Part shown: positions 10,262 to 24,479 of the stretch, one piece after another
Layout of the letters: each line of letters opens with the position of its first letter
Position numbering within the stretch: position 1 is the first letter of the stretch
Assembly: GCA_051362555.1 (NCBI GenBank)
Contig: CM120645.1
Span: 9,300,001 to 9,364,000 of the forward strand
DNA from: Lingula anatina
Taxonomy: Eukaryota; Animalia; Brachiopoda
DNA: 64,000 nt
Reading direction: 5' to 3'
Notes under the pieces: model-generated
The model's input: only the letters and a program-made list of their open reading frames with translations
Databases searched by the model: none
Told to the model about the DNA's origin: nothing
Program-made: the position numbers and the translations under genes

Positions 10262-11052
10262 TTGGAATAGTACATGTTGTAAGCAAGGTTTCTCTAAACG
10301 AATACCTGTAGGTCAATGGATTTCTTTTGCGAATTAAACCGAAAAATTGCGGCAATCGCATGCTCTACGTCTGTTCTGTTTTGAAATAAATACACAATGA
10401 AGTGAAAACTAGACCCAGAAGATAACTTCTTGAAAACACATTATCTACTTAGAACCAGACAGATTACAATTGTACTACCTCAAATTGCGTGACACTCCTT
10501 CATTTTGGTCAAATGTCATGCCCGAAATACAGATATAAAAATAATTCACTTTCGCAGTCACTGAATCTCTTAGAAGTGGAACATAACGTAAACAACAGGA
10601 CGTGCTCGTTTGACGTGGGGTTCAAGAGCTTTTGTGTAGTTGCGAGACCATAACAACACAATTTAATTCATGTGGCATGGTGAAATATGTCCCTTACATG
10701 GCGTTTGTGGAGGAGGGGAGTTAATTAACTTTAAGAAATTGTCCCGACAAAATGCATCGGTACATTGGAATCATGAATTACCAGCCGATCTCTGTTCTGT
10801 CGATTGGCAATTGGCAGGATTGTGACGCGAAATTACATAAATGTTCTTTGGAAACTTTTGGTAATGAAAACAGGCTTCGTAATTGTCACTAGTTGCTTCA
10901 GATTGAACACAATATATCAAGGCAACCTTATCAAGTACCGTAGTTATCACCCTAAAATTATTTATTGGCTCATAGCGAGTTAGCCGGATGTTGTCATTAC
11001 ATCATGCAGAGATTGTAAGGCTGGTTTAATGTGATTTGTAGCGGCAATTCAG

Positions 11053-11165
11053 TACCCTCTACCAGGGCCGCAGTTATTATTGTGGACATTTTTTGCTGAA
11101 TATTTATCTATAGACATATCTGTGAATATCTGTGGAAAACTAATCTGTCGCCCTGGTAGAGGGTA
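11053..11165. mobile_element. Small MITE with 15-bp TIRs and apparent 9-bp TSD (Mutator-like?)
   Basis: taccctctaccaggg / ccctggtagagggta. Flanks gcaattcag (11044-11052) and gcaactcag (11166-11174). A related half copy lies at about 17390. Confidence 0.75.
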
Positions 11166-11690
11166 GCAACTCAGTACCTCATGCAACTGCTATTACCGCA
11201 CAATTCATCGACCTTGGCATATACAGTATATACATTTGAAATCAGTTAGGGGTTTCGTTTTTCAATAGATATCAAAATCGTCAACACGCACTTATGTAAT
11301 TGTAAAAGCTTATTAAATTTGTTCGAAATTCTACTTCTTATCACCCCAGACCGGCAACATGTGGCATATCGACAGCATTATTATGCGGTACAGTGTACAA
11401 ATTGAACCATATTGTAAGGCTTAATTGGTGGTGTCATTCTACTCGCTGGTAACAATCATTTTCTTACTGGAGTTCACTTACGTAAACTCGAATAGTGTCA
11501 AGAATTCCGAAGCTTGTAAACAGCAGCTGTATCATGTCATAATTTTAAGTGTTTTTATCGACGCAGCGCTAGATGTACACGGCACAGGTTGCGTTCCTTC
11601 ATGTCAAGAAACGGTTTCAGTGTACGGTACGCCCACGATGAAGTGTTGCCAGCCGTTGCCTTCCGTTACTCTAGTCCGTAAGAAGCACTT

Positions 11691-11952
11691 CAGGGGCGGA
11701 TCCAGGATTATTTGAAGGGGGGGCGGGGTCCGCGGATGCGAAGCCGACCCTCTCTCCCCCTCAACTTGGCGTGGGGTTCGGGGCCCACTGAAGGGCCTCG
11801 GAAATTTTTGGTATTTTAGACGGCGAACGGTGCCATTTGGTACGTTTTAGGACTATGATTCAGCTAGTCAAAATGCTGATTTCAAGAGGGGACCAGAAAT
11901 CGAAGGGGGGGGGGGAGGACCCCCCTGACCACCCCCCCCAAATCCGCCACTG
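11691..11952. mobile_element. hAT-like MITE (CAGGGGCGGAT...ATCCGCCACTG) with 5-bp TSD
   Basis: TIRs caggggcggat / atccgccactg, G/C-run-rich body, cactt on both sides. Confidence 0.8.
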
Positions 11953-12264
11953 CACTTTGTACCACTATAAAATATCTTTGCAGCAGCATGCCTTGGTTTA
12001 AATACAGACTCCAAAAAGATATAATAGTTCTTATAGTTCATAAGGTCAAATAAATGCACCAATTAAACCAGATAAAATATTTGATGGCGGGGTGGAGTTT
12101 TCTTTTTAAAGGGGGATAGCATTACGGTTGTTTGTAGGTTTATGTCTTTGACAGAAGTTCTTCTGTAATCGCTTTCATTTATCTAGGCCTTTCTGATTTG
12201 TTTACATTGTTTAAATGCAAAAACACGAATAGAATACTAAATGTAAATATACATCAATGATCAT

Positions 12265-12465
12265 GGATGAACGAATGAACAAACGAACGAAAGAACGAAC
12301 GAACGAATGAATGAATGAATGAGTGGATAAATGAATGAATAAATGAATGAATAGAGGCAAAAAGACAAGCAAGAACAGCTGAAAGAAAGAAAGATTGAAA
12401 GAAAGAAAGAAAGGAGGAAATACCAAATAAAAATACAACCGATCAGACAGACAAACAGACAGGCA
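12265..12465. repeat. Compound tetranucleotide repeat (GAAC/GAAT/GAAA/GACA)
   Basis: Direct inspection; explains the spurious ORFs at 12211-12521. Confidence 0.9.
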
Positions 12466-13414
12466 GGAAGACGAGACGCCCGACCGGCCGTGCGGACAGA
12501 CAAACAGGCGTTAAAACACATATACAGATGAGTGTTGTGATTCAGTACTTATGGCCACTGTTTTTGGCATAACATCAAGCGCTTAACTCAACTAATAGAC
12601 TCGTCAGAAATCAAGGCCTGTGGGGTTTACACAATGATAAACACTTCGTTAAGAAGCGTGCATATATCACATTGTTGTCAATTAATGGATACTGCATCAT
12701 GCTCAATAATTGATTCACGTTATTTTGATGGCTTGTGATTCAATCATTCAAGGTAATTAGTTCTATTTCACGGATGAGGGATGTACTTTTACGATACCGA
12801 CTCGATGTAAGCATATCCGACACTATCAAGTCTCTGGCAGTAGTTATTCATGTGTTTATATATTTCGTTGTACTGTACTTCAGAAAAGAAACGATGCTAG
12901 CCCATTTATTTTTATGCGCGTACGAATGTCAAAACTTGTTATGAGTGTGTGTTTTTGTTATTATTTCTCAGCCGTGTTGTACTAGTGAAGAAGTTGTTAA
13001 AGGAACCCATTAATAAACAACATAATTACTGAACTCGTAAAACAGTGTTCTCTTCGTAATCCAGACACCATAATCACCACTATAAAATATTCAATCTATA
13101 TATATCTATGACTTAGTTTTCTAGCCAAGCAGAGTGGATTAGATGAATTTCTACGTTTTCTCTTGTCCAAACTGCGCGACATTTAAACGTTGTTTTTCCA
13201 ATGCTTGAAGCGCAAGACATTTAAACGGGTATAAGAAATACGGTCGTGTTTAAAGAAATTAATATATAGCTGGAGATTAACTCACATTACTCGCCTTTTG
13301 CGTCTGATTTTATTTTCATAATGTTGTCTCAGTATACATTAATGATATTCAAAAGGTGCTATAGGGGGGAATATACGCCGTGTTCAAAAGCGAACGCTCT
13401 AACAGGTTATATTA

Positions 13415-13629
13415 GGCTGTATTCCCAGAGCTTTTAGATCGATCTATCCCCGCGGGGAGTCTCACTAGATTACTGTCAGATAATCCGGCTTAAATGTCCG
13501 TCCCGCCTACTACAAGCTTTAAGGGGGTAATTAACTTTCGTGTCCGCCCGGCTGACAGCTATTTAGCGTGAACCCCCAGGGAGTTAGGTCGATCTAAAGT
13601 AGATCGATCTAATCTCTGGAAATGGGGTC
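13415..13629. mobile_element. PIF/Harbinger (Tourist-like) MITE with TTA TSD
   Basis: tta|ggctgtattcccagag ... ctctggaaatggggtc|tta. Subterminal tagatcgatcta on both arms. Body similar to 38105-38364. Confidence 0.75.
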
Positions 13630-16600
13630 TTAGATCTCCTCTAGCCGTAGTGCCACCCCCCCCCCCCCCGCGCCCCCACCCCACCCCCATATCATGGACT
13701 GAGTTTGGAGTCTTTAGAGTCAGAAATACTACTTCCGCCCAGACACCTGTATTCAATGTAATAAAATGAATAATAAACTGAGACAGTATGGGAGATCTTT
13801 TCAATGAAAATTTGTGTGAACGGGATCTAATAGCGTGAATCATTTACGATTTATCGGCTCTCTTCATTTGTGCCAATGGCCAATTAGCAAATCCTTTAAC
13901 GAAAATCATCTCACAGTTAGTCACCTTAAATTGCACATCACAAGAGCTTCATGGTCTCTAGATTTAGGTTAATACACATTTCACAGGGACAATTACATGT
14001 AATGACGGCGCAGTCGCGTATTTCGTATTTCTGATTTTGCAAGCTAATATGTCTAACAAATTAAAGAATCTCTAAGTCAACTAATGAGAGAGATTGTCGT
14101 CACGGGGAACTGGGTTAATGGCTATCAGTCATATATTCAGTCTTTTGATCTATTTTTCAATCTATTTTCTTATCATTTTTTATCTACATCATTGCCGTAA
14201 CCTATGTATAACGTATGTATATAAGGACATGATTTATTGCATTTATAAAGTAGTAAATGAAGTATAAATACACAAGAGGCAAAAAGTAGTGATCAGCACT
14301 GCCGACACCACTGCACTATGATCACTGACTTAACGTTACGACATATAACAGTCATTCTTTGCTAGTGGTGCACTGCGGGGGGACCATAACAAGAATGTTA
14401 TTTCAATTTAGATAGCCGACCAAATTCTCATGACATCGTTGTGTATGTTTCAATAACAAATCAAAGAAGCTGCATGAGCAAGGAGGATATTGTTATAAAA
14501 GCAAAAGAAGAGAAAAAGCAGAAAATATATCGAAATTACCCTCAAAATGGCGTCTTTTTTTGTGGAATTTCGACCCTACCTCTATTTAGGAACAGTTTGT
14601 TTAGGGTTTGAATGAATTATTGAAGCAGGGAATACACCTACTGCAAGAAGATATAATAAACAGAATGTGCAAATGGTTATTTAAATAAAAATTTATTTGA
14701 AGTCACTGAAAAATGATCACAAAATTAGCTTAACTTACGATACATGCGGTGTCCCACCCCGATGAAAATTTCATCTAATCCTATCTTTCCGTATTAAAAC
14801 TGTTCAATCGTCCAAAGTAGTATTTCGGTTAGTTTGTGTCACGAAATCCATGATAATATCAGTTTTCTTAAGAATTTCACATTTATTGCTCAGCAAGGTC
14901 GATTTTTCTTCACCGCGTCCCAATATAACGTTCGCAACGCTGCAACTTCAGAGATCGATTCTTATCAGACGACTTTAAAATGCCGCGTGAAAATTATACA
15001 TCGATAGCGATCTTCTTCCATACTCACTAACTGATGACGTCTACACACGAATGGCTTCTTTTACACACTAAAAAAACCAGCTCAAACTGGCGGGTGGCCC
15101 ATTCTGATAACATGGCACGCAATGACGCTGTCGAGATAGGATGCAGGGCACAGGTGTAATTCCCTCGATTTAACCGTCACAGGATTGTTTATTGGGATCT
15201 TCTTTGTATGAAGGTGAGAAATAATGAGTTTCGTTTCATTTTTCTTCAATTGTTTCAACATATTTGTGTACCGATTGATTTTTACCATTCTATAAGTAGG
15301 GTGACTTCGTCTGAACTTTCGTTTTGCGTCTGTTTCACATGGGGGACTAAAGGTCATATTGAACATGGTGACGCGGTGATACCGTATTCATGTTCTCTTG
15401 TTCTCGAAAACTCAATCATCGAAATTGAATTACTTTTTTTTAGTTTTGTCTTAAATTAAGCTGCTACAATGTATTCCGTGCGTTTAAAATTTAACCGTCT
15501 GTAAAAACAGCAATAATGGATTACTAGCAACACTTACGTTACGCAATGAAGCACCGAAAATGGGTGAAGAAAATGTGTCTCAGTAATGCGTGTTTGCCAC
15601 TCATAATGCACTGTACTTTGTTTGAATAAGCAATAAACTATTTGTGATCTTAGGTTATCCATTGTTCGTTATCAGAGTTAACAGATTCTTTGTGTGATTT
15701 TTTTTCAGAATCCCAAGAGTGGATGCCTTAGTGAGCACAGAACAGATATCACCATTGGTCTACATATGTCAGGAAGAATGTTATAATTATGAACTTTGTG
15801 TTACACTGAACTTCATTTTGTTAAATTTTGTATTTAACTGAACTTTATTGTGTTAAAATAATAATAAAAAAATAATAGTTCTGATAAAAAACTACAATCT
15901 GGAACATTCTTTAGATCAACTTTGTTCAGTGTGTGTCCCATATGACAGAGTTACAGTAAATAAAATATGTGCATTATTCCTCTGTGTTTGTCAATTCCAT
16001 TTTAAAAGCATGTGAAAGTGGTGTGCCCCTCATGAATGAAGTGTGTATGGATAATAGCAAAAATATTGTTATTATTTACATGATTATAAAAAGTTTTTGT
16101 ACCCGCGTCAATAACGTTACCGTGACCCACATATTCACCATTTTTATTAATTATGAAATGTGGATTAAATTCTTCAAAACCAGTTTTGAAGCATTGAGAC
16201 AACACCCCCTTATGATTTAAACTAAAACTGAAAACATTCCATTAGACTTTCATTAGTTTGTGCAAAATATATTACCCAGGGTAACGCGTCTTGGATTTGG
16301 TGGGTATAGCTGTTCAACTCTCCTGTGTGCCCTAAAAAGGGCAGCTGCTGTTTCCCTTTTTATGAAATGATAAACTGTGATGGTGTAGCTATCACATCGC
16401 AAAATTACAGCTTCCCAGAGAAAGTTTGAAATTTTCGGTCAAATTCAACATTTTGTAACCACTAGCAAAGAATGACAGATAAGTAATGGAGGCGAATACG
16501 GTTTCACCGATGTAAAGTATTAACAAAACGATATATTTTCCATTGAAAATAGTTAATGGTATGGTTTTCAGACAAGTTTCCATTTTTGTTTTCTCTTTCT

Positions 16601-17389
16601 TTTTTCTTTTATAATTTTTATTTATTTATTTATTGAAAATACTTAAATAAATACCAACCAGGAGTTTAGTATGATATACCATAGTTAATTCAATAAACCG
16701 CATATTATCCATTTCAATACACACAAAGTGACCTTTGCGATTGAAATTCTATGGAAGATCTGTTCTTTCTCATTTCCATCAATATATGGGTAATGTATTC
16801 CAAAATCTGTCGACAATAGACGATATCAACAAGCAAAATTGATAACTTTAGCCTTTAGGAAATCTTCAGTTTTGTGAAAGATTGTAAACACATTGACATT
16901 TACACCCGGTTAATTCAGGACTTTATATTGCCAATTTGTCTTAAGGTCCAAACTTGATCACTCAAATGAAATTATAATGATAAAAAACACATGGGAGTGT
17001 TACTGATCGATAAGGTTAATAGATCAACAAAACAAATTGTTTCTGTAAGTTTTATTTCTTTTTGTACATCTTTTCTTGACAATTTTATTTGAAATTCATA
17101 CAAAGATTAATTATTGTAATGCAAGCATAATACTCAACACGTGTATTGCTACTGCCTCACAGACAATCTGGATTTGGAATGCATCGTCAGCTACATATAT
17201 ACTCAGCGAATAACTTCAATTACTCTTTGTTTATAGGTCGGAATTTTCACGCATCCGAGGTGTATGATTGCGATTTCTTGGTGATATAAATCAAAAGATG
17301 TATAAAAATATCATTCAGCTCTTAGCAGTGAAATAGAATCGAAGGGGATATTTTCATTCGGATCGCTTATGTTTTTCCTCTTTTATTAC

Positions 17390-17460
17390 TACCCTATACC
17401 AGGGCGACAGATTGATTTTTCACAAGATACATGTATTCACAGATATTTCTTTAGATGAAC
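17390..17460. mobile_element. Partial copy of the 11053-11165 MITE family
   Basis: taccctataccagggcgacagattgatttttcaca...attcacagatat matches the reverse complement of the right arm of the 11053 element. Confidence 0.65.
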
Positions 17461-20400
17461 AGACAGACATTTTATTCTCTGCCTCTTGCTTCCATCTAGC
17501 CATAAGTCACAGGGTGGCTTTTTGAAAGTTTCCCTATAATTTGTGCCACCTTTGTAGATGGTAGTTTATTACCATGTCTACGTACGTGTAGTTTCTTTGA
17601 CCTTCAATTGGTTTCAAGGTTGTTCCGGCTTTGGAATTAATGACAAGTTATTGAACCAGAATATTTAACCCAGTGCCTATAATTTCAATTAAAATACACA
17701 TCTCCTACACCCGCTATCTTTCTGCCGAATCCTGCTCGATGTTGCTATCAGGAATGTGTTACTAAAGTTCCAACAGAGTTCATCGCTTATCTTAGCATTT
17801 GCTGAATTTATCGCTCTGATATTCATCACTGAAATAGATATATCAAATTATTGCATAACTGTCTCTTTTTGATACGCATAGAGTACCTAGTAATAAAGTG
17901 AATCTGCTTTTAGATTTGAAGCCATTTGAAATGATGCAGAAGAGCTGACACATACCAATATATAGGCATTTAACACGTGCTTGATTATAATATATCCCGA
18001 TTTCGAGCTTTGGAACGATTTCCCCTGCGGCATTAGATTTTTCTCAGGGATGATTCTTGAAAATATGTAAAAAATACATTAATGGTATACGTAATAGATC
18101 ATTGGGTTTCAAACAAACTAAATGCACCAATGCTTTTTTTACAGATAGACAAACAAAAAATCACATTTTCGTAATCAACCAAGACAGGTAAACCTGAATA
18201 TAGACAAAGCACTGACACTCAGTATCTCGAAATGCTTCGAGTCCCAATGCAAATGCAGCCTGTTTTGAGCGATTCTTCTGGTTTTGAGGTCAATAAAAGG
18301 TCAATAAGAAATCAAGTGAACGTTGAAGGGAAAATTGATCACCGACTCCGCTCCAGTGCTCTGGCTGTCATGATCTATCTTCCTCAACGGTGGGTACTGC
18401 CTGGTACCCTGCTTGTCTATGAACAAGCGGCGACTCTTCCGCCTCATTACCGTACAATACACCCCATACACGTGTGTTAAGTTTACTAGATAAGTCTGTG
18501 AACCTTACTTTATACACATGTATATGTAAAAACATATCCGAATTCTATTTATGAGATAATACACTATCACCCGAGTGTTATATGCCAGAAGACATAGGGC
18601 GTCAGCGACAGGTGTTAAAAGCAAATATCGCGAGAAGATGCCACGTATTATTTGACATACGTGCATTGTACTGAGAGAAAGTAAACGCATTTCACCGAGA
18701 AAACACTCCTAAAACCGAATTAAGCGTATATATCCGTGCATATTGGCCCGGTCACATAACAGCTCTAGGTAGGTATTGTATAAAGGCGACGGAAAATGTA
18801 ACTGTACCCGTATGCTGCCGTAAAGGAGTAGTGGAATTCAGTTTTTTATACTGAATGTGAAGGCAAAATATATATAATAGTATGCCTATGTTATAAGGGT
18901 ATTATAAACGTGTTGTCACATTCTATTCTGCGACACTCAGGGCAAAGAGAATATTAATTGCTGACAGAGCTTGTCGTTGCCTGCCAACTCCCAATGGTTA
19001 ATTGACCAATCTGTTTATTTTCTGATCCTCTTCTTTTGGTATGCCAAGGTAATTAAATGATGGGGACATTGGATTGATTGTTTTGATCTAGCGCACTCGG
19101 CAGGAAGGTTTTTAAAGGCGGTGACCTCGGCTTTATTGCTTCATTGTGATAGTACTTATTTTCCGAAGAAATTAATCGCCTTTTCATTATGATATGTTCA
19201 GCGTTTATTTATGATAAACCAAACAAATGATGGATTTGCGGCAGAAATACATGTACGTGCAATTTGACTGTTTGCAAAGCCGACTATAACAATTACGGCC
19301 GCTAAACCTTGCCAGCATAGCACGCCGTTTCTCCAGTTTAATTGGAACTTTGGTACTTAGACATAATGCATTAAGACAGCTTCAGATTTTGATTCAAGGG
19401 CAATATTAAAGGTTAAAATTTTTTAATTAATTAATTAATTTTTGGCCTTCCCGGAGATGAGTCTGAAGGGAACTGAAAAACATTTTGCTAATCTCAAGCC
19501 CATCGGCATTCCGTATTGGAGACAGCCAAGTATCAGCCAAGTAAAGCTAAGAATCCAGCGAAATCGATCTTAAGCTGTATTCCAACTGCCCCATGCATTT
19601 AGAATTAATCTGATAGATTTGTCATGCGTCTGTCAAGTGCTTATTTGGCAACGCTTAAAGCAGTGCTTGCAAATATTTTAAAAGTGAATCGAACAGATAT
19701 GCAAAGCAGCTGCAGATTGAGATTGACAACATATTCTTTAAGGAATCAAGCAGTGTAAACAATTAATCTTCATACACGAATATTTGAATGCATATTTCCC
19801 CTGGACATAGAGAACATATCCCCAGTACGTCCACTGATACGCTAGAGTACCCCGTGGGCGGAATATTGTCGAACAATTTTTGTGAAATGATACTTTACCT
19901 ATTTGTCAAGACGTGATTGAAAACTTGGCCTTAGCTGATACTGAAAACACTCGTCCGTTGATTAACTAACATGTAAATCTGCATCCCAAGGCGGCTTATT
20001 GTATCAAATATACAGAATCTCTACACAAAACCCCTAGCGGATAATTCTTAGTAATCTTTCCGCTGCATCTATGCCAGTTGGAGATTTAACACTAATGTAG
20101 ATATGTCTGTGCTTATAGAAATGTACAATTGTTTCATACGAAATTAAGTATTTACCGAGAAAAATTGTTGGGGCATTTTAGAACCATCCATATCACATAT
20201 CGGTTCAATCCACGAACACTTAAATATAAACGCAGATTAAACTGGTTTTAAATATGTTTTGTTTGTTTGACGAAGTTTGTTGTATCCGTGATTTTTTCAA
20301 CGTCTCTTAAATCCACCACTCTCTATACTTTAAAATATATCATACTTGTCCCAACAGATGTCAATGGCTGATGATATACTTATCAATCTCACATTTGCTC

Positions 20401-22333
20401 CATGAAAGAAAGTCTGTACGAAGCGGAATATCTTTAGCCTTTGCCCAAAAAATCCATAGTCACTGCCTCACATACAGTCTGTTGGATAACAGATAAATCT
20501 TCAGTGTTTAGTGACTAAATTGGTTAATTAACATTTTCATGCATGTCATCTTACGGGGGACGTCATAATTGCGGTAAAAATGGAAAAATCGGTTTCTCAA
20601 ATTTTTTCTTTACCTGAGCACCCACGAACGCCGTTTAAAGGCCAATTTAATTATACTATTTGGCACTCCAAAACCCTGCAAGCGATTTTCCTTAAAGCAC
20701 TAGTTCAGATTTTATCGTTAATAAAGCAAAATAATGCCTTGTTTAATGAAAATCTGCAATTAGGGGCTCATAAAAATCCATAACAAAACATTTAATCCAA
20801 AATGACGGTACGGGATTGTAGCTCATACACTTGTGGCAAACATTGCCAATTTTCGTGATAAAGTCTTGTTCAGGGATGAAGTTACGCCCCATACCAATTG
20901 TTATCTCACCTCAGAAAGAAAACTGATAAATTGAAGATTAAAGCTTTAGGTTACCTATGCGTATACATTGTAACTAGAAATATAAACGCCGATATTTTAT
21001 ATTTTCGAGGATATTTTTAAATCAGCACGAAGATAGATGCATTTTTAAATAATTAGATGAAAAACCTAATTTTCCGTATCTGGATGAAAATGAAGGGTTA
21101 CAATACCCTTCAGCAGCAAACACGTGGCGCCAGACAACGTGATTTCCAGTTATATAGCGTGATTATGTATAGGGTTCCATATGTTACCTGCCTTAATCAA
21201 GTCTTGTAACGGTATACTTTAATGTTTCTAGTAACACCACTTGTATAAGATTGCTATAATTAAACACAGACATGAACATTTGTCTGGGGTTCATCACGCT
21301 AAGTAGATACCTAAATCACGACTTCCTTTTACAAGAAAAAATAACAGCACGCACACTTACGTGCTTCGACTTTTTTCATTTCACCATTTTTATTCTAGAA
21401 ATACCTTTTATAGGGATGTATGTGGGCAATATCGTATTTATTGTAATATTGAAGTGTAAAGTTAAAGACAAACAACACAGACGAACACTTCACGTGTGTG
21501 CGTGGGCTGCACGTGAATTCTTACATTTACGCACACTGTCCACGTGAACAAAGTTTACAGGACGAATCAAGCAATGTTTGATCATTCTACGACCGCCCCG
21601 CCCACTTTGATTAGATATACTGGATATAAGCCACAATATGTCTGGAAACATTTCGGAGATGGACAGAATAAATTCTTAGTTAAGAAAAGACATATAAAGC
21701 GCACGTTTTCTTTTTCAAGCGTTCGTCGTATGACAAATAGGGCAACTGGGCATCATATGCCGGAGCAGACATTTTTTAAAGCAATTATTATTGATCAAGC
21801 GCTCCATCCCTGTTGATACCGCTGATGGATAACTACCTAAAGAGACGGTTGTTTCAGAATTATTACAAGTAATAGCAGCAGTTTATTTAACTAACAGATC
21901 CATATGTGTGTGTATGTGTGATAACGCTCTTTATGGCCAACCTTCTAGACGCCACCTTTCCAATTAAATAAAGTAAACAGACGCTGGTAATTACACTCCT
22001 TTTGGACCTCTGCCTAGAGGTTTAAAAAACATTATTGGAAAACATGCGACCATGGAAGTAAAAAGGAACCTAAGCATTAAACTGATTACATGCCACATTA
22101 TAGTCTTGCCTTCCCTTATCATTAGGATTTTATAAGAACAGGAAAAAGTATAATATTTTTTATCTTAATTCTGCAAGCGGTCTTTCAATATCATTTCCAC
22201 AAATAGTTTTATTTATGTGCAACTTTCTAATGCCAACAGGGCACACAGGTGAGATTTTTTTCTACGAAGTTGGAGTTCTTAGGAGGTAAGAGATCGGCTG
22301 ATGCTGTATGTTACCATGACACCGGGCGTATAA

Positions 22334-22508
22334 GGTTGCATTCAGAACAGAGGACAAACTAGTCCGCGTGCCAAATATGGCGACCAACTAAAAAGCTTGC
22401 CGTCTTATCCGCTAATAGACACTGAATAGATTCTCCGTGAGGAAGTATTCAAGTGGGTCGGCCATATTTGATCCGTGGACTAGTTAGTCCGCTGTTCTGA
22501 ATGCGGCC
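22334..22508. mobile_element. PIF/Harbinger-like MITE
   Basis: taa|ggttgcattcagaacag ... ctgttctgaatgcggcc|tca. Internal arms aactagtccgcg..caaatatggc / gccatatttgatccgtggactagtt. Confidence 0.8.
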
Positions 22509-22607
22509 TCAAAGAATTTCACCTCGTCAGGCTTAATCCTGCTACCGTGCACTAAATGCATTTTTTTATTCTTGTCCCAGAAAAAATGATATTTTTGCAT
22601 ACTTTGA

Positions 22608-22761
22608 TTCTTGGTTGTGTTTTACCAATGTTATAGTTTCGGAAAATAGGGTAATGCACTAAAATTAATTATACAAAATCCACGTTGTTCTTGGGTGAGT
22701 TTTGCCAAGTTTCGGAAAAATAGAGAAATGCACTGAAATTAAATATACAATATTCCCGTTG
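22608..22761. repeat. Diverged ~75-80-bp tandem duplication
   Basis: ttcttgg..g.gtttt.ccaa...agtttcggaaaa..ag..aatgcact.aaattaa.tatacaa.at.c.cgttg occurs twice. Confidence 0.8.
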
Positions 22762-24311
22762 TGTCTTCATTTTCTGGGGGTCGGTTTGGAACACCTTTGT
22801 TTTTGTTTTCGTGTATCTGCCCATACAGTTGTATTATACAGGTAGCCAGGACAAACTTAATGAAGCCACATAGGTAATGGGGCTTATCAAATTGACTACT
22901 GAGCGCAAGGGCGACTTCTCCCTCCGGAGAGAGCCTTCAGATAGATGGCAGGTGTAGTTATTAACTGCAACTCTCAGACAAGAGTCAGACAGGGTTGATA
23001 GAGCTCATGATAGCCTGCTTTCCTTTTAAGATCGTAATGAGAGCTCCCGTCTGTTTGTAGAAGTACATTCTACTATAGACTGAGGCAATTTGTGTGCGTT
23101 TCTTTTTCCCTATCGAGGAAAAATACTACGAAAGATCAATAGTTTTCTTGACTTGTTTTGTTTTAGAAAAATAAACTCTCTCATAATTATGTCAATTTAC
23201 TGGGAGTTTGAAGCCGCTTGAATACAGTCATGAGATACGTCCCGTTATTGAAGAAAGTACGCAAGAAAAACAGAAACTGTTTTTTAACAGACCAAGAGAG
23301 TAAATGTCGACTTCCTTGAGCAGACCAAACAGTTACTTGGCTTCATTACGTTCAAAAACAACAGGCCCCATTACGAATATTTGGTAACAAAATTTCATAC
23401 TGAAAATGATAAACTATCGAAAAAAAAAAGCATTTGTACGCTTAAGGAATTTTCGACTTAAATCGGAATCAGAGTGGTCTCTGGGCGAGAAAAAGTAATT
23501 TAGAAAAAAAAAACAGAAAACTTTTTTGTTTAGGTTTTTAATAAAAAATGCAAATGCGTGCTCACTTCTGTTTGAAGTCCCCTATATATCTTGTTCTCGT
23601 AGCAGATATTTTTTCGATTCTGGATCGTCTAATGGTTACTGGATCGTCTAATGGTCCCAAGGTGCGTGTCTCCTTATACTTACACTTTTACTCTAATGTG
23701 CCGAAGGAAGTCCCTTTCAAGATAATAGCTGCACTGCTGAGTTTTGGTCGATTCAGATAAAAGTGAAATATCATGTAACAACCCAACGCGCTGAGGTAGC
23801 CCATTATGGGTACTAAAGTACTTTAAATGTCTGGCGACTTTTGTGACTCAAATGCCAGTCACTATAAAGGTGTAGATCAGTTGCAATAAAGTAATTACTT
23901 GTGAATGAACGACTTCCGGATAAATATTTACAAATTGCTGCTGTGTTGTTCCCAATTTCTTTTTTAAAGTGTAAACAAAGAAGAATACCATGAAAGAAAT
24001 TCAGTCGGACCGCGAGTAATTAACTAAGTGTAATCGACTTGAGCTCTACGATAACCGTGTTTGCGTCAAATAATACGGTAGGATAATTCGGTCAATTGTC
24101 TTCTTAGATTTTTTCACAAGTTGCACATTAAGCAAATAAAGCAAATACAGGGTGACCTGAAAAGATTTATCAATTAAAAATCGTCGCTATCATTTCCATG
24201 AAATCGAAATTCAAATTAATAATTCGACAATTGCAATCACAAACCCGCAGATCCAAGGCACAAACAGCGATTTCATTAGGACTGAAGCGGAGAGAGAGAG
24301 AGAGAGAGATG

Positions 24312-24479
24312 CAGGCCCGTAGCCAGCAATTTCAAAGGGGGGGGGTCTTTTTCTGCAAAAGTGGACCTTTTATTATATAATCCCCATGTACCTAGGTCAA
24401 ATTTTACCCAGAGTGGACCTTTTTCCAGCAAAAAGGGGGGTTCGAAAGAACCCCCCGAACCCCCCTGGCTACGGGCCTG
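24312..24479. mobile_element. hAT-like MITE (CAGGCCCGTAGCC termini), copy 1, 6-bp TSD
   Basis: TIRs caggcccgtagccag / ctggctacgggcctg, with gagatg on both sides. Sits at the end of a (GA)n tract. Confidence 0.85.

Noticed and set aside
12211-12521. Hydrophobic ORFs (FIHSFIRSFV...)
   Set aside because: Translation of tetranucleotide repeats.
20551-21196. Possible Kolobok-like element bounded by ttacggggg ... cctgccttaa
   Set aside because: The terminal match is too weak to support boundaries.
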